From Spirochaetales bacterium (GTDB lineage Bacteria; Spirochaetota; Spirochaetia; DSM-27196; SLAA01), in assembly GCA_007127105.1 (NCBI GenBank), contig SLAA01000117.1, positions 1 to 58,338 of the forward strand: 58,338 bases of DNA. Direction: 5' to 3'. A program made the position numbers and the translations under genes. Below, piece by piece: positions 18,531 to 28,491 of the stretch (position 1 is its first letter; each line of letters begins with the position of its first letter). The notes beneath the pieces were generated by a model. That model was not told the origin of the DNA and searched no databases. It saw only the letters and a program-made list of their open reading frames with translations.

Positions 18531-19922
18531 ATGATTCAATTACGAAGCACTGCCGCGCTGATAGTAGTGACGGCACTTTTTTTTGGCTGCCGAACGGCTC
18601 CGGAGCCAATCCCGGAAGCCCCGCCAGCGGAACCCGAGATCGAACTTGAGCTCGATGCCTACCAGAGCATTAGTTTGTTCGTTGCCGCCGGAGACCCTGA
18701 AGAGGCAATCCGGGCCTACCAGGAAGCTCGCCTCGACGACCCGGACCAACCGGATACAATCGTACTCCTCGCAGGACTGTACCTCTCCGCCGGAGAGTTG
18801 AGTGAAGCAGCGCGTAATCTTGAGCTGGTCTTGAGTCGTGATCCGGACAACGTAGACGGCTTATATCTCAGTGCGTTGCTAGAGGGCTTTCGTGGGGACA
18901 AAAAAGAACAGGAACAACGCCTGCGACGGGTACTGGAGCTCGTACCGGGTGATTCCCGAGCCCATGCGGCACTCGGCGAGCTCCTTCTCGAACAACGCCG
19001 ATACCGTGAGGCACGAACCGAGTTTGAAGCTGTCCTTGAAGGCACCCCGGACGACTTTGTATCCCTCATAGGCCTTGGGAATGTTCACATGCGGACTTCG
19101 CGCCACGAAGAAGCGGAGGAAGTGTTAACCCGCGCGATTGAGGTAGAGCCGGACTTTTCATTTGCGTACCTTGACCGCAGTCGCAGCCGTGTTTTGCAAC
19201 AGAATCTTCACGGAGCCGAGACTGATTTAGACAGGGCCATTGAGCTCGAACCCGGCTTTGTGTGGAACTATCTCGACCGGGGCCGTGTTCGTTTGCAGCG
19301 AAACAACCTTGAAGGGGCTCGCGCCGACTTCACTCGTGTCATTGAGCAAGACCCGGGCATTTTCCTGGCATATGCCTACCGCGCGCGCGCTGCAGATGGA
19401 CTGGGCCTGCGAGCCGAAGCCATTGCCGATTACGAGCGGGTACTTGAAATCCGGCCCGACTACCACGCTGCCTATACGCCACTCGGCACGCTGTACTACG
19501 AGACCGAGCAGTGGAACAAAGCCTTTGAAATGTACAGAAGAGCCGCCCAACAGGATCAAAGCAATGAGAGTCTACCGCTGCTCGCTGCCCTGTCACTCCA
19601 GCGTGCAGGTGAGCAACGGCGCGCCGCAGAATACCTTGGACGCGCAACTCAGCACATACGCCGGGACGGGTCCTTTTACCAAATGGTTAGATACTACATG
19701 AACCCCACCTCAGATACATTAATATTTCGCACGGTTGACCGTGAGCAGGAACGAGTGACGAAAGCACGACTTCAGTTCTTCCTGGCCTCACAGTATCGAA
19801 TACAAGGACGACACAACTCAGCCAACGCCGTAATGCGGCTGGCCGAGGAAAACGGCATTCCGGGTCTCATTGAGACGCGCCTGGCCAAACACGACCTCGA
19901 TGCATATCGAGACGAGAGGTGA
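18531..19922 (+). CDS. Tetratricopeptide-repeat lipoprotein
   Basis: Lipobox LFFGC; multiple 34-aa TPR units ending in E/D-P-D/G turns. Confidence 0.88.
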   Translation: MIQLRSTAALIVVTALFFGCRTAPEPIPEAPPAEPEIELELDAYQSISLFVAAGDPEEAIRAYQEARLDDPDQPDTIVLLAGLYLSAGELSEAARNLELVLSRDPDNVDGLYLSALLEGFRGDKKEQEQRLRRVLELVPGDSRAHAALGELLLEQRRYREARTEFEAVLEGTPDDFVSLIGLGNVHMRTSRHEEAEEVLTRAIEVEPDFSFAYLDRSRSRVLQQNLHGAETDLDRAIELEPGFVWNYLDRGRVRLQRNNLEGARADFTRVIEQDPGIFLAYAYRARAADGLGLRAEAIADYERVLEIRPDYHAAYTPLGTLYYETEQWNKAFEMYRRAAQQDQSNESLPLLAALSLQRAGEQRRAAEYLGRATQHIRRDGSFYQMVRYYMNPTSDTLIFRTVDREQERVTKARLQFFLASQYRIQGRHNSANAVMRLAEENGIPGLIETRLAKHDLDAYRDER

Positions 19923-20884
19923 TCACCATGCCGGGACTGCCGGAGCTTATTTCGCACCTGGATACCAATCGACATATTGTTATTCAGGCCCATGACTTTC
20001 CGGATCACGATGCGGTCGCGGCGGCCTTTGGTCTGGCGCGACTGCTGAGTCAGAAAGGACTCACCTCAACCCTCTGTTACGGAGGAGAGATTCAGAGCGA
20101 CTCATTGGTAGAGGCGGTGCGAGTTCTGGAAATTCCCATTGCTACCGCGGTTGGTCTTGAACTTGAGGACGACGCTCAGATCGTCATTGTGGACGGGTTT
20201 GTGGGCAACAAAAACATGTCCGGCATTCCCGGAGAGGTAGTCGGCGTCATTGACCATCACAGCCCACCGCGCACACCGGACTGCAAGTTTTTTGATATTC
20301 GCGAGGACTACGGTTCCTGTAGTACGATCATTTTTGATTACTACCGTGAGGCCGGGGCGGAGATGGATCCCTCGGTGGCAACCGCTCTGCTAATGGGTAT
20401 CATGATGGATACCGCCTTTATGACCCGTGGTGTGTCGAAGTTGGATCTTGAGGCGTTCTCGACGCTCTTTTTCAAGGGTGACTGGGAAACCGGTAGTCGG
20501 CTCCTGAAGAACTCGCTCTCGTTGCGAGACCTGGGTGTCTTTCGTGAGGCAATAAACAGCTGCATAGTTGCCGAAGGTTTCTGTTTTGTGCCTATTCAGA
20601 AGGAATGCAGTGCCGAGGTGATGGCCCTGGTTGCGGACTTCTTTCTTGGGCTCCGCGAAATTCATTTTGTAGTGGTAGTCGAGCCCGACCGCGACGCCTA
20701 CAGGCTCTCGGTTCGCAGCGAAGACCACCGCTATCCGAGTGACGTAGTAGTGCGCGAGGCCCTTAACGGCATAGGCTCCGGCGGCGGCCACATTCACATG
20801 GGTGGCGGTGCCATTCCCACAGATCTTTATCCCGGCGAAGAAGGTCTACGACGACGTTTCCTCAGCGCCCTTGGAATTGAGTAA
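19919..20884 (+). CDS. DHH/DHHA1 family phosphoesterase (NrnA-like)
   Basis: HDFPDHDA, IVDG, IDHH, GIMMDT, SVRS, GGGH; start GTG 19919 or ATG 19928. Confidence 0.88.
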   Translation: MITMPGLPELISHLDTNRHIVIQAHDFPDHDAVAAAFGLARLLSQKGLTSTLCYGGEIQSDSLVEAVRVLEIPIATAVGLELEDDAQIVIVDGFVGNKNMSGIPGEVVGVIDHHSPPRTPDCKFFDIREDYGSCSTIIFDYYREAGAEMDPSVATALLMGIMMDTAFMTRGVSKLDLEAFSTLFFKGDWETGSRLLKNSLSLRDLGVFREAINSCIVAEGFCFVPIQKECSAEVMALVADFFLGLREIHFVVVVEPDRDAYRLSVRSEDHRYPSDVVVREALNGIGSGGGHIHMGGGAIPTDLYPGEEGLRRRFLSALGIE

Positions 20885-20890
20885 CACAGC

Positions 20891-22096
20891 ATGAAGGTAA
20901 CACAGACATCCGACTCGTTAACTCGACTCAGGTACACCGACGCCGATGGGCAGGATCGTGAGATCGTCCTCCTTGGTACAGCGCACGTCTCGCACGCGAG
21001 TGTGGATGAGACCCGAGAGCTCATCACGAACGAGTCGCCCGACAGGGTTTGCGTAGAGATTGATGCGGCCCGATATGAGTCGCTTACCAAGCCCGACGGC
21101 TGGAGATCACTCGACATCTACCAAGTGCTGCGCCGTAAACAGGGATTCCTGCTGTTGGGCAACTTGGTTCTTTCTTCGTTCCAAAAACGCATGGGGCTGG
21201 ACCTGGGTATTAAACCTGGAGCCGAGATGCTTGAAGCCATCCGCTGTGCAGAGGAACTGGGCCTTCCCTTCAGCCTTTGTGACCGTCAGATACAGATTAC
21301 ACTGCGCCGCGCCTGGGCTAAGAGCTCGCTGTGGGGCAAGAACAAGATGCTGGCGGCCTTGCTGGCGTCGGTCTTCAGCAACGAGAAACTCAGTGACGAG
21401 GAAATTGAGGCATTGAAGAGCCGTGGAACGGTAGAAAGCATGATGGAGGAACTTGCCGAGTACCTTCCCCATGCCAAAGAGGCGCTCATAGATGAGCGAG
21501 ACCGTTACCTTGCCACCCGCATATTCGAGGCAGAAGGATCAAAACTGGTGGCGATTATAGGGGCCGGTCACGTCCCCGGAATAGTCCGTCATTTGGAGAT
21601 GCTGACCGAAGGTCGCCTCGACACCAATCTAGACGACCTTGATATTATTCCACCCCCTTCGCGTCTCACGAAGGCGCTGCCCTACCTTGTTCCGGCGGCG
21701 GTTATTGGACTTATTACCTGGGGTTTCGTTCAAGGGGGCTTTGACGCGGGTTTTCGCTCACTCACGCGCTGGGTGCTCATTAACGGCACTCTGTCGGCGG
21801 TCGGCGCCGCGGCGGCCTTTGCGCATCCGCTGACTATCATTGCATCCTTTCTGGCCGCACCAATTACCTCAATGAATCCCACAATTGGTGTGGGCTTTGT
21901 CGCGGGTATTCTGGAGTCCTTCTTTCGCAAACCCAGGGTATCGGATTTTGAGAATCTTCAGGACGATATAACCGGACTGCGTGGGTTTTTCCGCAACAGA
22001 ATCACTCGTATTCTGCTGGTGTTTCTCTTTACCACCATTGGAAGCGCAATAGGAACCTTCATAGCCATTCCGCTGCTGTTCCCCGGAGCGGCGTAG
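20891..22096 (+). CDS. TraB/GumN family membrane protein (pheromone-shutdown TraB-like)
   Basis: LGTAHVS, VCVEID, PGAEM, DRQIQITLRRAW, LIDERDRYL, IGAGHVPGI, C-terminal TM helices. Confidence 0.9.
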   Translation: MKVTQTSDSLTRLRYTDADGQDREIVLLGTAHVSHASVDETRELITNESPDRVCVEIDAARYESLTKPDGWRSLDIYQVLRRKQGFLLLGNLVLSSFQKRMGLDLGIKPGAEMLEAIRCAEELGLPFSLCDRQIQITLRRAWAKSSLWGKNKMLAALLASVFSNEKLSDEEIEALKSRGTVESMMEELAEYLPHAKEALIDERDRYLATRIFEAEGSKLVAIIGAGHVPGIVRHLEMLTEGRLDTNLDDLDIIPPPSRLTKALPYLVPAAVIGLITWGFVQGGFDAGFRSLTRWVLINGTLSAVGAAAAFAHPLTIIASFLAAPITSMNPTIGVGFVAGILESFFRKPRVSDFENLQDDITGLRGFFRNRITRILLVFLFTTIGSAIGTFIAIPLLFPGAA

Positions 22097-22112
22097 GTAG
22101 CCGACGCTGAGG

Positions 22113-23504
22113 CTACTCCGTGCCAAAAACTCGACGAACTGCCTCGGAGATACTCTCAGTCTTTTCCCAGTCCTCGGGACTCGGTTCTCCCTGCCTCACC
22201 TGTTTCGGGCCAATAAACCGTGAGTAGCCAAGCGCGGCCGCCGCCTTGCGGCGCCGGTCAAACTGCGCGGCCGGGCGTAGCTCACCGGTAAGACTCAACT
22301 CACCGGCCGAGGCGAGATTGGAAGGAACCGGGCGCCCACTGTAGGCGGAGTAGAGCGCCAAGGCCAAAGGAAGCTCAACTCCTACATCCGCCACCCGCAT
22401 TCCGCCAGCCACATTCACATATATGTCCAGGCTCGAGAAGGCCGGGCCTATGTGTTTTTCCAACACTGCGGCAATGCGCGCAACTCGGCGCGAGTCGACC
22501 CGGTCGGCAAATACACGCGAAACCCCACCTTTCGCAGGCACTGTTAAGGCCTGTAACTCCAGCATAAGGATACGCGAGCCCTCGTAGACAGGTGCCGCCG
22601 CAATCCCGGCAGGCATGCCTCCGCTGCGCCGCACCAAGAATACTGCGGTCGGGTCGGTGATCTCGACCAGGCCCTCGGCCTGCATCGCAAAGAGCCCAAC
22701 CTCCTCCACAGCGCCAAAACGGTTCTTACTTGCTCGAACGAACCTGAGGTCGTTCTCGGACTGCTCAAAGTACAGCACCGCGTCTACCATGTGCTCCACG
22801 GCCTTGGGGCCCGCTATACTACCGTCCTTGGTTACATGAGCCACAAAGAATACAGGAACATTGTGTGCCCGTGCCCAGTCTATGAGTTCATAACAGCCAT
22901 ACTTAATCTGATTCACCGTGCCTGGGACATCACCCGCCTCGGCAGAGAACAGTGTTTGAACCGAGTCAATCACAAACAGTTCAGGAAGGATTTTGTCGAG
23001 GGCGGCCGTAATGCGTCCGGTATCGGTCTCGGCAAGCAGCGTTACATGTGCCTTCTCCACTCCAAGCCTACGTGCTCGCATAGCCACCTGCGCCGGGGAT
23101 TCCTCACCGGTTATGTAGAGAACGCGACGGCCGCTGCCCGCGGCGGCCTGCAGCATAAGGGTGCTCTTTCCAATGCCCGGCTCACCACCAATCATGACTG
23201 CGGCACCAAGCGGCATGCCTCCGCCCAGGACACGGTCGAGTTCACCAATGCCGGTGCTCATTCGCGAGCCTTCCTCGGTGGGTAGCTCGGCCAGGGTTGC
23301 GGCAACTGCCGGTGGCCGGGTAGCTCGACCGCTCGCACTGCCTGCAGCCCCGCCGCGTCGGCTCCCCGCGGCAGATCCTGCCGCTACTGGGGACTCCTCG
23401 TTCAGAGTGTTCCACTCACCACAGCTTGAACATCGCCCCGACCACTTGGCCTCAAGATGCCCGCAACTCGAACACCGAAACTGGGGGGCGCCTCTTTTGG
23501 CCAC
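22113..23504 (-). CDS. radA: DNA repair protein RadA/Sms
   Basis: CSSCG..GRCSSCGEW Zn finger, GEPGIGKST, KNRFG motif, Lon-like C-terminus. Confidence 0.95.
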   Translation of the reverse strand: MAKRGAPQFRCSSCGHLEAKWSGRCSSCGEWNTLNEESPVAAGSAAGSRRGGAAGSASGRATRPPAVAATLAELPTEEGSRMSTGIGELDRVLGGGMPLGAAVMIGGEPGIGKSTLMLQAAAGSGRRVLYITGEESPAQVAMRARRLGVEKAHVTLLAETDTGRITAALDKILPELFVIDSVQTLFSAEAGDVPGTVNQIKYGCYELIDWARAHNVPVFFVAHVTKDGSIAGPKAVEHMVDAVLYFEQSENDLRFVRASKNRFGAVEEVGLFAMQAEGLVEITDPTAVFLVRRSGGMPAGIAAAPVYEGSRILMLELQALTVPAKGGVSRVFADRVDSRRVARIAAVLEKHIGPAFSSLDIYVNVAGGMRVADVGVELPLALALYSAYSGRPVPSNLASAGELSLTGELRPAAQFDRRRKAAAALGYSRFIGPKQVRQGEPSPEDWEKTESISEAVRRVFGTE

Positions 23505-23507
23505 CGG

Positions 23508-24128
23508 TCAGCGTCTTTCGCTGCGCAAACGGTCAAACATCGCCTGGTCGGGCCTGAAGTTTTCGGCGGCAGTTCCGCGCCGGACAATCTCTATCCGCTC
23601 AATTCGGTCACCCTGGCGCACTGCATTCACTACGTCCATGCCAGCAACCACGTAGCCAAAGACAGCGTGCCCGCCGTCCAACCAGGGGGTCGGAACATGC
23701 GTTATGAAAAACTGGCTGCCGTTTGTGTTCGGGCCGCGATTAGCCATAGAAAGCACACCGGGGCGGTCATGGCGCAGCGACGGATGTATCTCGTCACGAA
23801 AGGTATAGCCAGGCCCGCCGGTACCGTTGCCCAGGGGGTCTCCAGTCTGTATCATAAAGTTGTCTATGACGCGGTGAAACACCAGCCCGTCGTAGAACCG
23901 AACCCCTCGACGGCGGTTCGTCTCCAGACTGCCTTCTGCGAGACCAACGAAGTTCGTCACGGTGAGCGGCGCCTTCTCAAACTCAAGCTCCAGCACGATA
24001 TCACCACGGTTTGTGACGATACGGGCGTACAAGCCATGTGCTTGGGGGACATCGGCCCAAGCCATGGTCGCCACCAACAAAAAGAACGCCGAAACACAGA
24101 CTGTCGTATTTACCCTAAGGAACTTCAT
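23508..24128 (-). CDS. Exported cyclophilin-type peptidyl-prolyl isomerase
   Basis: Signal peptide; [44 protein letters not shown]; GGGGAG SD before ATG 24128. Confidence 0.93.
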   Translation of the reverse strand: MKFLRVNTTVCVSAFFLLVATMAWADVPQAHGLYARIVTNRGDIVLELEFEKAPLTVTNFVGLAEGSLETNRRRGVRFYDGLVFHRVIDNFMIQTGDPLGNGTGGPGYTFRDEIHPSLRHDRPGVLSMANRGPNTNGSQFFITHVPTPWLDGGHAVFGYVVAGMDVVNAVRQGDRIERIEIVRRGTAAENFRPDQAMFDRLRSERR

Positions 24129-24159
24129 TTCTCCCCTCTCTTGCTTGCGAACGTGGTCT

Positions 24160-25326
24160 TTAGTACACAAAACGGGCCGCGAGCACCCCATCAATGCCAC
24201 TGAGACGGCTCATCGTGCGTTCATTTGGTGCTTCACTCAGATCTATGATGTTGTACGCTACATCTTCACGGTGTTTATTTATCAGGTCTTCTATGTTGTG
24301 CCCTGCAGACGCGAGCAAGGTAGTGATCTGACCAACCATGTTTGGAACATTCCGGTTTGCAATGGTAATGCGATGTCGTCCACCGCGATCCATACTACAG
24401 CGCGGATAATTCACCGAACTCTCGACGTTGCCGGTTTCCAGGTAGGTCTTGAGCAGTCGTACCGCTGTGACGGCACAGTTGTCCTCGGCCTCCGGAGTTG
24501 AGGCGCCAATGTGTGGAGTCAACAGTACTGACTCATGCCCGGCAAGCCCAGGCTCCGGCAGGTCACTCATGTAGCAGGCAACCTTCCCGTCCTTAAGGGC
24601 GCTAATGAGAGCACTGTGTTGTACTAAGCCTTCACGGCTGAGGTTCAGGATCCGGACTCCGTACTTCATGAGCCTGATGCTGTCTTCATCTATCATGTTG
24701 CGGGTCGTGTCGTTCAAGGGAACATGAATGCTGACGTAGTCGGCCTGCTCATATAAAGATTGCAGCTCGTCGGCACGTTCTACCGACTGGGACAGTTCCC
24801 ATGCGTGCGGGATGGAGATATAGGGGTCATATCCAATGACGCGCATCCCTAACTGCTCGGCGGCGTTACAGACCAAAACACCAACCGAGCCAAGCCCAAC
24901 AACCCCAAGGGTTTTGCCAGCAATCTCCGGCCCGCCAAAGCGCCGCTTCTCACGCTCTACCAGCGCGGGAAGCTCGTCACCTTTGTGAGCGTTGCTGCGC
25001 ACCCACTCCACTCCCTCACAAATACGACGGGAGGACAGCAGAAGCCCGGCAATTACCATCTCTTTGACTGCGTTCGCGTTAGCACCCGGAGTATTGAAGA
25101 CCGGTATCCCGGCGGCGGTGCAGCGGTCAAGGGGGATATTGTCCACACCGGCGCCCGCGCGTGCTATAGCCTTGAGCTGTGAAGGGAGCTCGCGATCATG
25201 GAGCGAGGTGCTCCGAATAAGGTACGCATCCGGGTTTTCCATCTCGGCGCCAGTTGAGTAGTGTTCCGAGTCAAGCAGACTCAGCCCCTTGTCCGAGATA
25301 GTATTAAGCGTCTGGATTCGATACAT
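24160..25326 (-). CDS. serA: D-3-phosphoglycerate dehydrogenase with C-terminal ACT domain
   Basis: [52 protein letters not shown]. Confidence 0.88.
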   Translation of the reverse strand: MYRIQTLNTISDKGLSLLDSEHYSTGAEMENPDAYLIRSTSLHDRELPSQLKAIARAGAGVDNIPLDRCTAAGIPVFNTPGANANAVKEMVIAGLLLSSRRICEGVEWVRSNAHKGDELPALVEREKRRFGGPEIAGKTLGVVGLGSVGVLVCNAAEQLGMRVIGYDPYISIPHAWELSQSVERADELQSLYEQADYVSIHVPLNDTTRNMIDEDSIRLMKYGVRILNLSREGLVQHSALISALKDGKVACYMSDLPEPGLAGHESVLLTPHIGASTPEAEDNCAVTAVRLLKTYLETGNVESSVNYPRCSMDRGGRHRITIANRNVPNMVGQITTLLASAGHNIEDLINKHREDVAYNIIDLSEAPNERTMSRLSGIDGVLAARFVY

Positions 25327-27124
25327 CGGCACCCTCCGCTTGAACCCCTGCCTGGTCCAACTCCGCGGTTGTCTTCAGCCCCAGTTCCCTGAGCTGCTGC
25401 TCGTCAACCTCGGCTGGCGAGCCGTCCATGGGTGAAACGGCAACCGCGTTCTTGGGAAAAGCAATGACTTCACGGATGCTTGACTCACCAGCCATAATCA
25501 TGACAAGTCGGTCAAGACCGGGGGCTATACCGCCATGTGGCGGTGGGCCATACCGAAAGGCCTCAAGCAGGAATCCAAAGCGGCGGTGGGCCTCCTCTTC
25601 AGAGAAACCAACAATCTTGAAGACCCGCTTTTGAAGCTCCGGATCATGAATACGAATTGAGCCGGAGGCAAGTTCAAAACCGTTGCACACCAGGTCGTAG
25701 AGATCTCCCTTGACCTCACCAGGATTCGCCTCCATGGTTTCCAGGTACTGTTCCTGCGGCATACTAAACATGTGGTGTGCTGCGTCCCATCCCTGCTCAT
25801 CCTCGTTCCATTCAAAGAGCGGAAAGTCCACAATCCAGGCAAACCGAAACAAGGAGGGATCAATCAGGCCAAGCTCATGCCCAAGTCTCGAGCGCACCGC
25901 TCCAAGAGCTGTGCAGGCAGTTCGCCAGTCGGCACCAACAAACAGCAGAAGGTCTCCGGGCTTAGCCCCATACGCCTCAATAATCTCGGCCGCCACGCCT
26001 TCATAGAAACGCGCGACTCCACCCTCAAGGCCCTGCTCCGTTACCTTCATCCATGCAAGCCCGCCAGCCCCGTAAATCTTTGCAGTCTCTTCCAGGTCAG
26101 TAATCTGCTTGCGTGAGTAGCTTCCACAGCCCTCGGCCTTGAGAACGCGAACCGCACCCCCGGACCCGAGCACCTGTTGGAAAACGGAGAACTCACCCTT
26201 GGGTACAAACTCGGCAAAGTCCTGCAGTTCAAGTCCAAAGCGCAGATCCGGCTTGTCGCTACCGTAAAGGTTCATGGCATCATGGTAGGAAATGCGGGGG
26301 AACGGAGTTTCAAGCCGCAGATCCAGACATCGCTCAAAAACAAAAGAGAACATGCCTTCCATGACCGCAAATACATCATCGCGACCGACAAAGCTCATCT
26401 CTACATCAATCTGAGTGTGCTCAGGCTGTCGGTCACCACGGGCGTCCTCGTCCCGAAAACAATGCGCAAGTTGGAAATAGCGGTCGAATCCCGAGACCAT
26501 CAGCAGCTGCTTGAAGAGCTGTGGCGACTGCGGGAGGGCATAGAACTTGCCGGGATGAAGACGTGAGGGGACCAGAAAGTCACGGGCTCCTTCCGGTGTT
26601 GAGCGAATCATGCTTGGGGTCTCAATCTCGTAGAAGCCCTGGCCGCTCAAATACTCGCGAACGCTCAACATGACCTCATGGCGCAGTTTAATCTTGCGCT
26701 GCATGGAGAAAGACCGCAGGTCGAGGTAGCGATAGCGCAAACGCAGATCGTCTTTCGCATCCGAGCGTTCGTCAATGACGAATGGGGGAACCTCGGACTT
26801 TGAGAGCAGGTGAATCTCGGTCGCGGCAACCTCTATATCTCCGGTCGCCATCTCGGAGTTTTTCATAGCGTCCGGTCGTGCCCGCACCCGACCACGCACC
26901 GCAACGCAGTATTCCGGCTTTAATGCTGCACCGGCACTTTGCAAAACCTCGGGAGCGTCCTGGTCGATAACAACCTGTGTAAGGCCGTATCGATCCCGGA
27001 GGTTAATAAACTGTATTCCGCCGTGATCGCGATTGCGATGCACCCAACCGTTAAGTACAACCTCTTTTTCAAGGTCGGCGGCGCGCAGTTCGCCGCAAGT
27101 TACGCTACGTTTCATGCTCTCCAT
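25304..27124 (-). CDS. aspS: Aspartate--tRNA ligase
   Basis: GWVHRNRDHGG, YRYLDLR, STPEGARDF, LPQSPQLFKQ, CFRDED, PPHGGIAPGLDR. Confidence 0.97.
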   Translation of the reverse strand: MESMKRSVTCGELRAADLEKEVVLNGWVHRNRDHGGIQFINLRDRYGLTQVVIDQDAPEVLQSAGAALKPEYCVAVRGRVRARPDAMKNSEMATGDIEVAATEIHLLSKSEVPPFVIDERSDAKDDLRLRYRYLDLRSFSMQRKIKLRHEVMLSVREYLSGQGFYEIETPSMIRSTPEGARDFLVPSRLHPGKFYALPQSPQLFKQLLMVSGFDRYFQLAHCFRDEDARGDRQPEHTQIDVEMSFVGRDDVFAVMEGMFSFVFERCLDLRLETPFPRISYHDAMNLYGSDKPDLRFGLELQDFAEFVPKGEFSVFQQVLGSGGAVRVLKAEGCGSYSRKQITDLEETAKIYGAGGLAWMKVTEQGLEGGVARFYEGVAAEIIEAYGAKPGDLLLFVGADWRTACTALGAVRSRLGHELGLIDPSLFRFAWIVDFPLFEWNEDEQGWDAAHHMFSMPQEQYLETMEANPGEVKGDLYDLVCNGFELASGSIRIHDPELQKRVFKIVGFSEEEAHRRFGFLLEAFRYGPPPHGGIAPGLDRLVMIMAGESSIREVIAFPKNAVAVSPMDGSPAEVDEQQLRELGLKTTAELDQAGVQAEGADVSNPDA

Positions 27125-27131
27125 TGAGCGG

Positions 27132-27160
27132 ATGCTATCGAAGCAGCGCTAATTCTGCAA
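27132..27160 (-). promoter_or_regulatory. Sigma-70 promoter, leaderless aspS
   Basis: TTGCAG-N17-TAGCAT, 7 nt before ATG 27124. Confidence 0.55.
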
Positions 27161-27224
27161 GCCCCGTAGCGGTCGCGGTTGCTATGCAGGGCCGGTGCAC
27201 CGGGCCTCGTTCCAAACTGCTCCC

Positions 27225-27572
27225 TTAACCTGGTGGCCACTCCATACCACGCCCACCAAGAATATGGGCGTGAATGTACTCCACGGTTTGCAGGGCGTCT
27301 GGGCCGGTATTGAAGACCACCCGGAATCCTCGCTCTGTCAGCCCCAGCTCTGCGGCAACGCGCGAAACGCCAATCATGAGATGCCCCACCGTTTCAGCGT
27401 CACCGTCTTTGAGCTCGGTCACGTTGCGGAATCGGGCCTTGGGTACCACCAGCACATGTACGGGCGCCTGCGGGTTGATGTCCTCAAAAGCAAGAACATG
27501 CTCGTCCTCATACACAACCTCGGCCGGGATTTCTTTGCGCAGAATTTTGTCAAAAAGGGTGTCGTCACTCAT
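27225..27572 (-). CDS. Histidine triad nucleotide-binding protein (HIT/Hint)
   Basis: LFDKIL, FEDINPQAPVHVLVVP, YIHAHILGGR..WPPG; GGAGG SD before ATG 27572. Confidence 0.93.
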   Translation of the reverse strand: MSDDTLFDKILRKEIPAEVVYEDEHVLAFEDINPQAPVHVLVVPKARFRNVTELKDGDAETVGHLMIGVSRVAAELGLTERGFRVVFNTGPDALQTVEYIHAHILGGRGMEWPPG

Positions 27573-28491
27573 TTCCTGTAACCCTCCAGGGTAGTTGCTG
27601 CGGAGCCACTTCCTTGTTCGACTCCAAGAGCCGGAGAATTTCCTCTTCCTCGGTGGGAGAGAAACGTCCGACGACGATACTTGCAAAAATAATTATATCC
27701 GCCAGTATACGCATAAACATAAGAAAAATCACGGCCCAGGCCACTGCTCCGTAAATGAGATAACGGGAACCAACCGCCCTCATAGCAATGCCTACAACCC
27801 TGCCAGCAACCTGCCAGGCGAAAGCCGCAACAAGGCAAACTCCAAAGGTAGATTTTCGCCTTAGTGGGCGCCGTGCGAATAAGCGCAGGAGTCCATAGAA
27901 CATGACCGCAAAGAGAAGGCCGGTAATTCCATGAGCATACCAGGTGGTGAGTCCAGGAGTGAGGTTTGTCAGTTCAACCGGTAAGCGCACGAGTGGAGCC
28001 GCTACCGCAGCAGCATAGAATAATGTGACAACACCGACCATAAGACCAAGTGAGATTACCTTTCGGAAATGGGCATGCCGGCGACGGCTGCCGAGCATGG
28101 TAGACATGGCCAGTTCCAGGGAATCAAACATGGATATGACCGCGACAATCAGCGCAAATACAGTGATGACCCCAGGCAATGCGCCACCCCCAACACGGGC
28201 CAGTTGCATAAGGAGGTCGTAACGCATGTCCGGAGGAAGGAAACCCAGCACCTGCTCGGAAACCAAGGTGCGAACCCGTGGCGTCAGCGGCGAGTCGAGC
28301 CGCAGCAGAAATACACCAAACAGCAAAGGGACAGTTCCCCAGACAAAGCTGAATGCAAGGCCCTTTGCCAGGAGAGCGCCACGATCTGCCTTGTAGCGAC
28401 GTACCACCGCACGCCAGAACACAACAATTCGTCGCAGTCGCCGAGGAAGTCGGTCTTGTATAGCCAGTAGCCTAAGTCGAAGCACCTGCAT
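27565..28491 (-). CDS. YihY/BrkB family inner-membrane protein
   Basis: DRGALLAKGLAF, multiple TM helices, YLIYGAVAWAVIFLMF; start at ATG 28491 is a best guess. Confidence 0.75.
   Translation of the reverse strand: MQVLRLRLLAIQDRLPRRLRRIVVFWRAVVRRYKADRGALLAKGLAFSFVWGTVPLLFGVFLLRLDSPLTPRVRTLVSEQVLGFLPPDMRYDLLMQLARVGGGALPGVITVFALIVAVISMFDSLELAMSTMLGSRRRHAHFRKVISLGLMVGVVTLFYAAAVAAPLVRLPVELTNLTPGLTTWYAHGITGLLFAVMFYGLLRLFARRPLRRKSTFGVCLVAAFAWQVAGRVVGIAMRAVGSRYLIYGAVAWAVIFLMFMRILADIIIFASIVVGRFSPTEEEEILRLLESNKEVAPQQLPWRVTGNE

Noticed and set aside
20891-22096. TraB as evidence of a conjugative element
   Set aside because: This is the chromosomal TraB/GumN family; no relaxase, T4SS or integrase is nearby
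23457-24203. 248-aa plus-strand ORF
   Set aside because: Antisense to the cyclophilin gene, which carries all the family motifs
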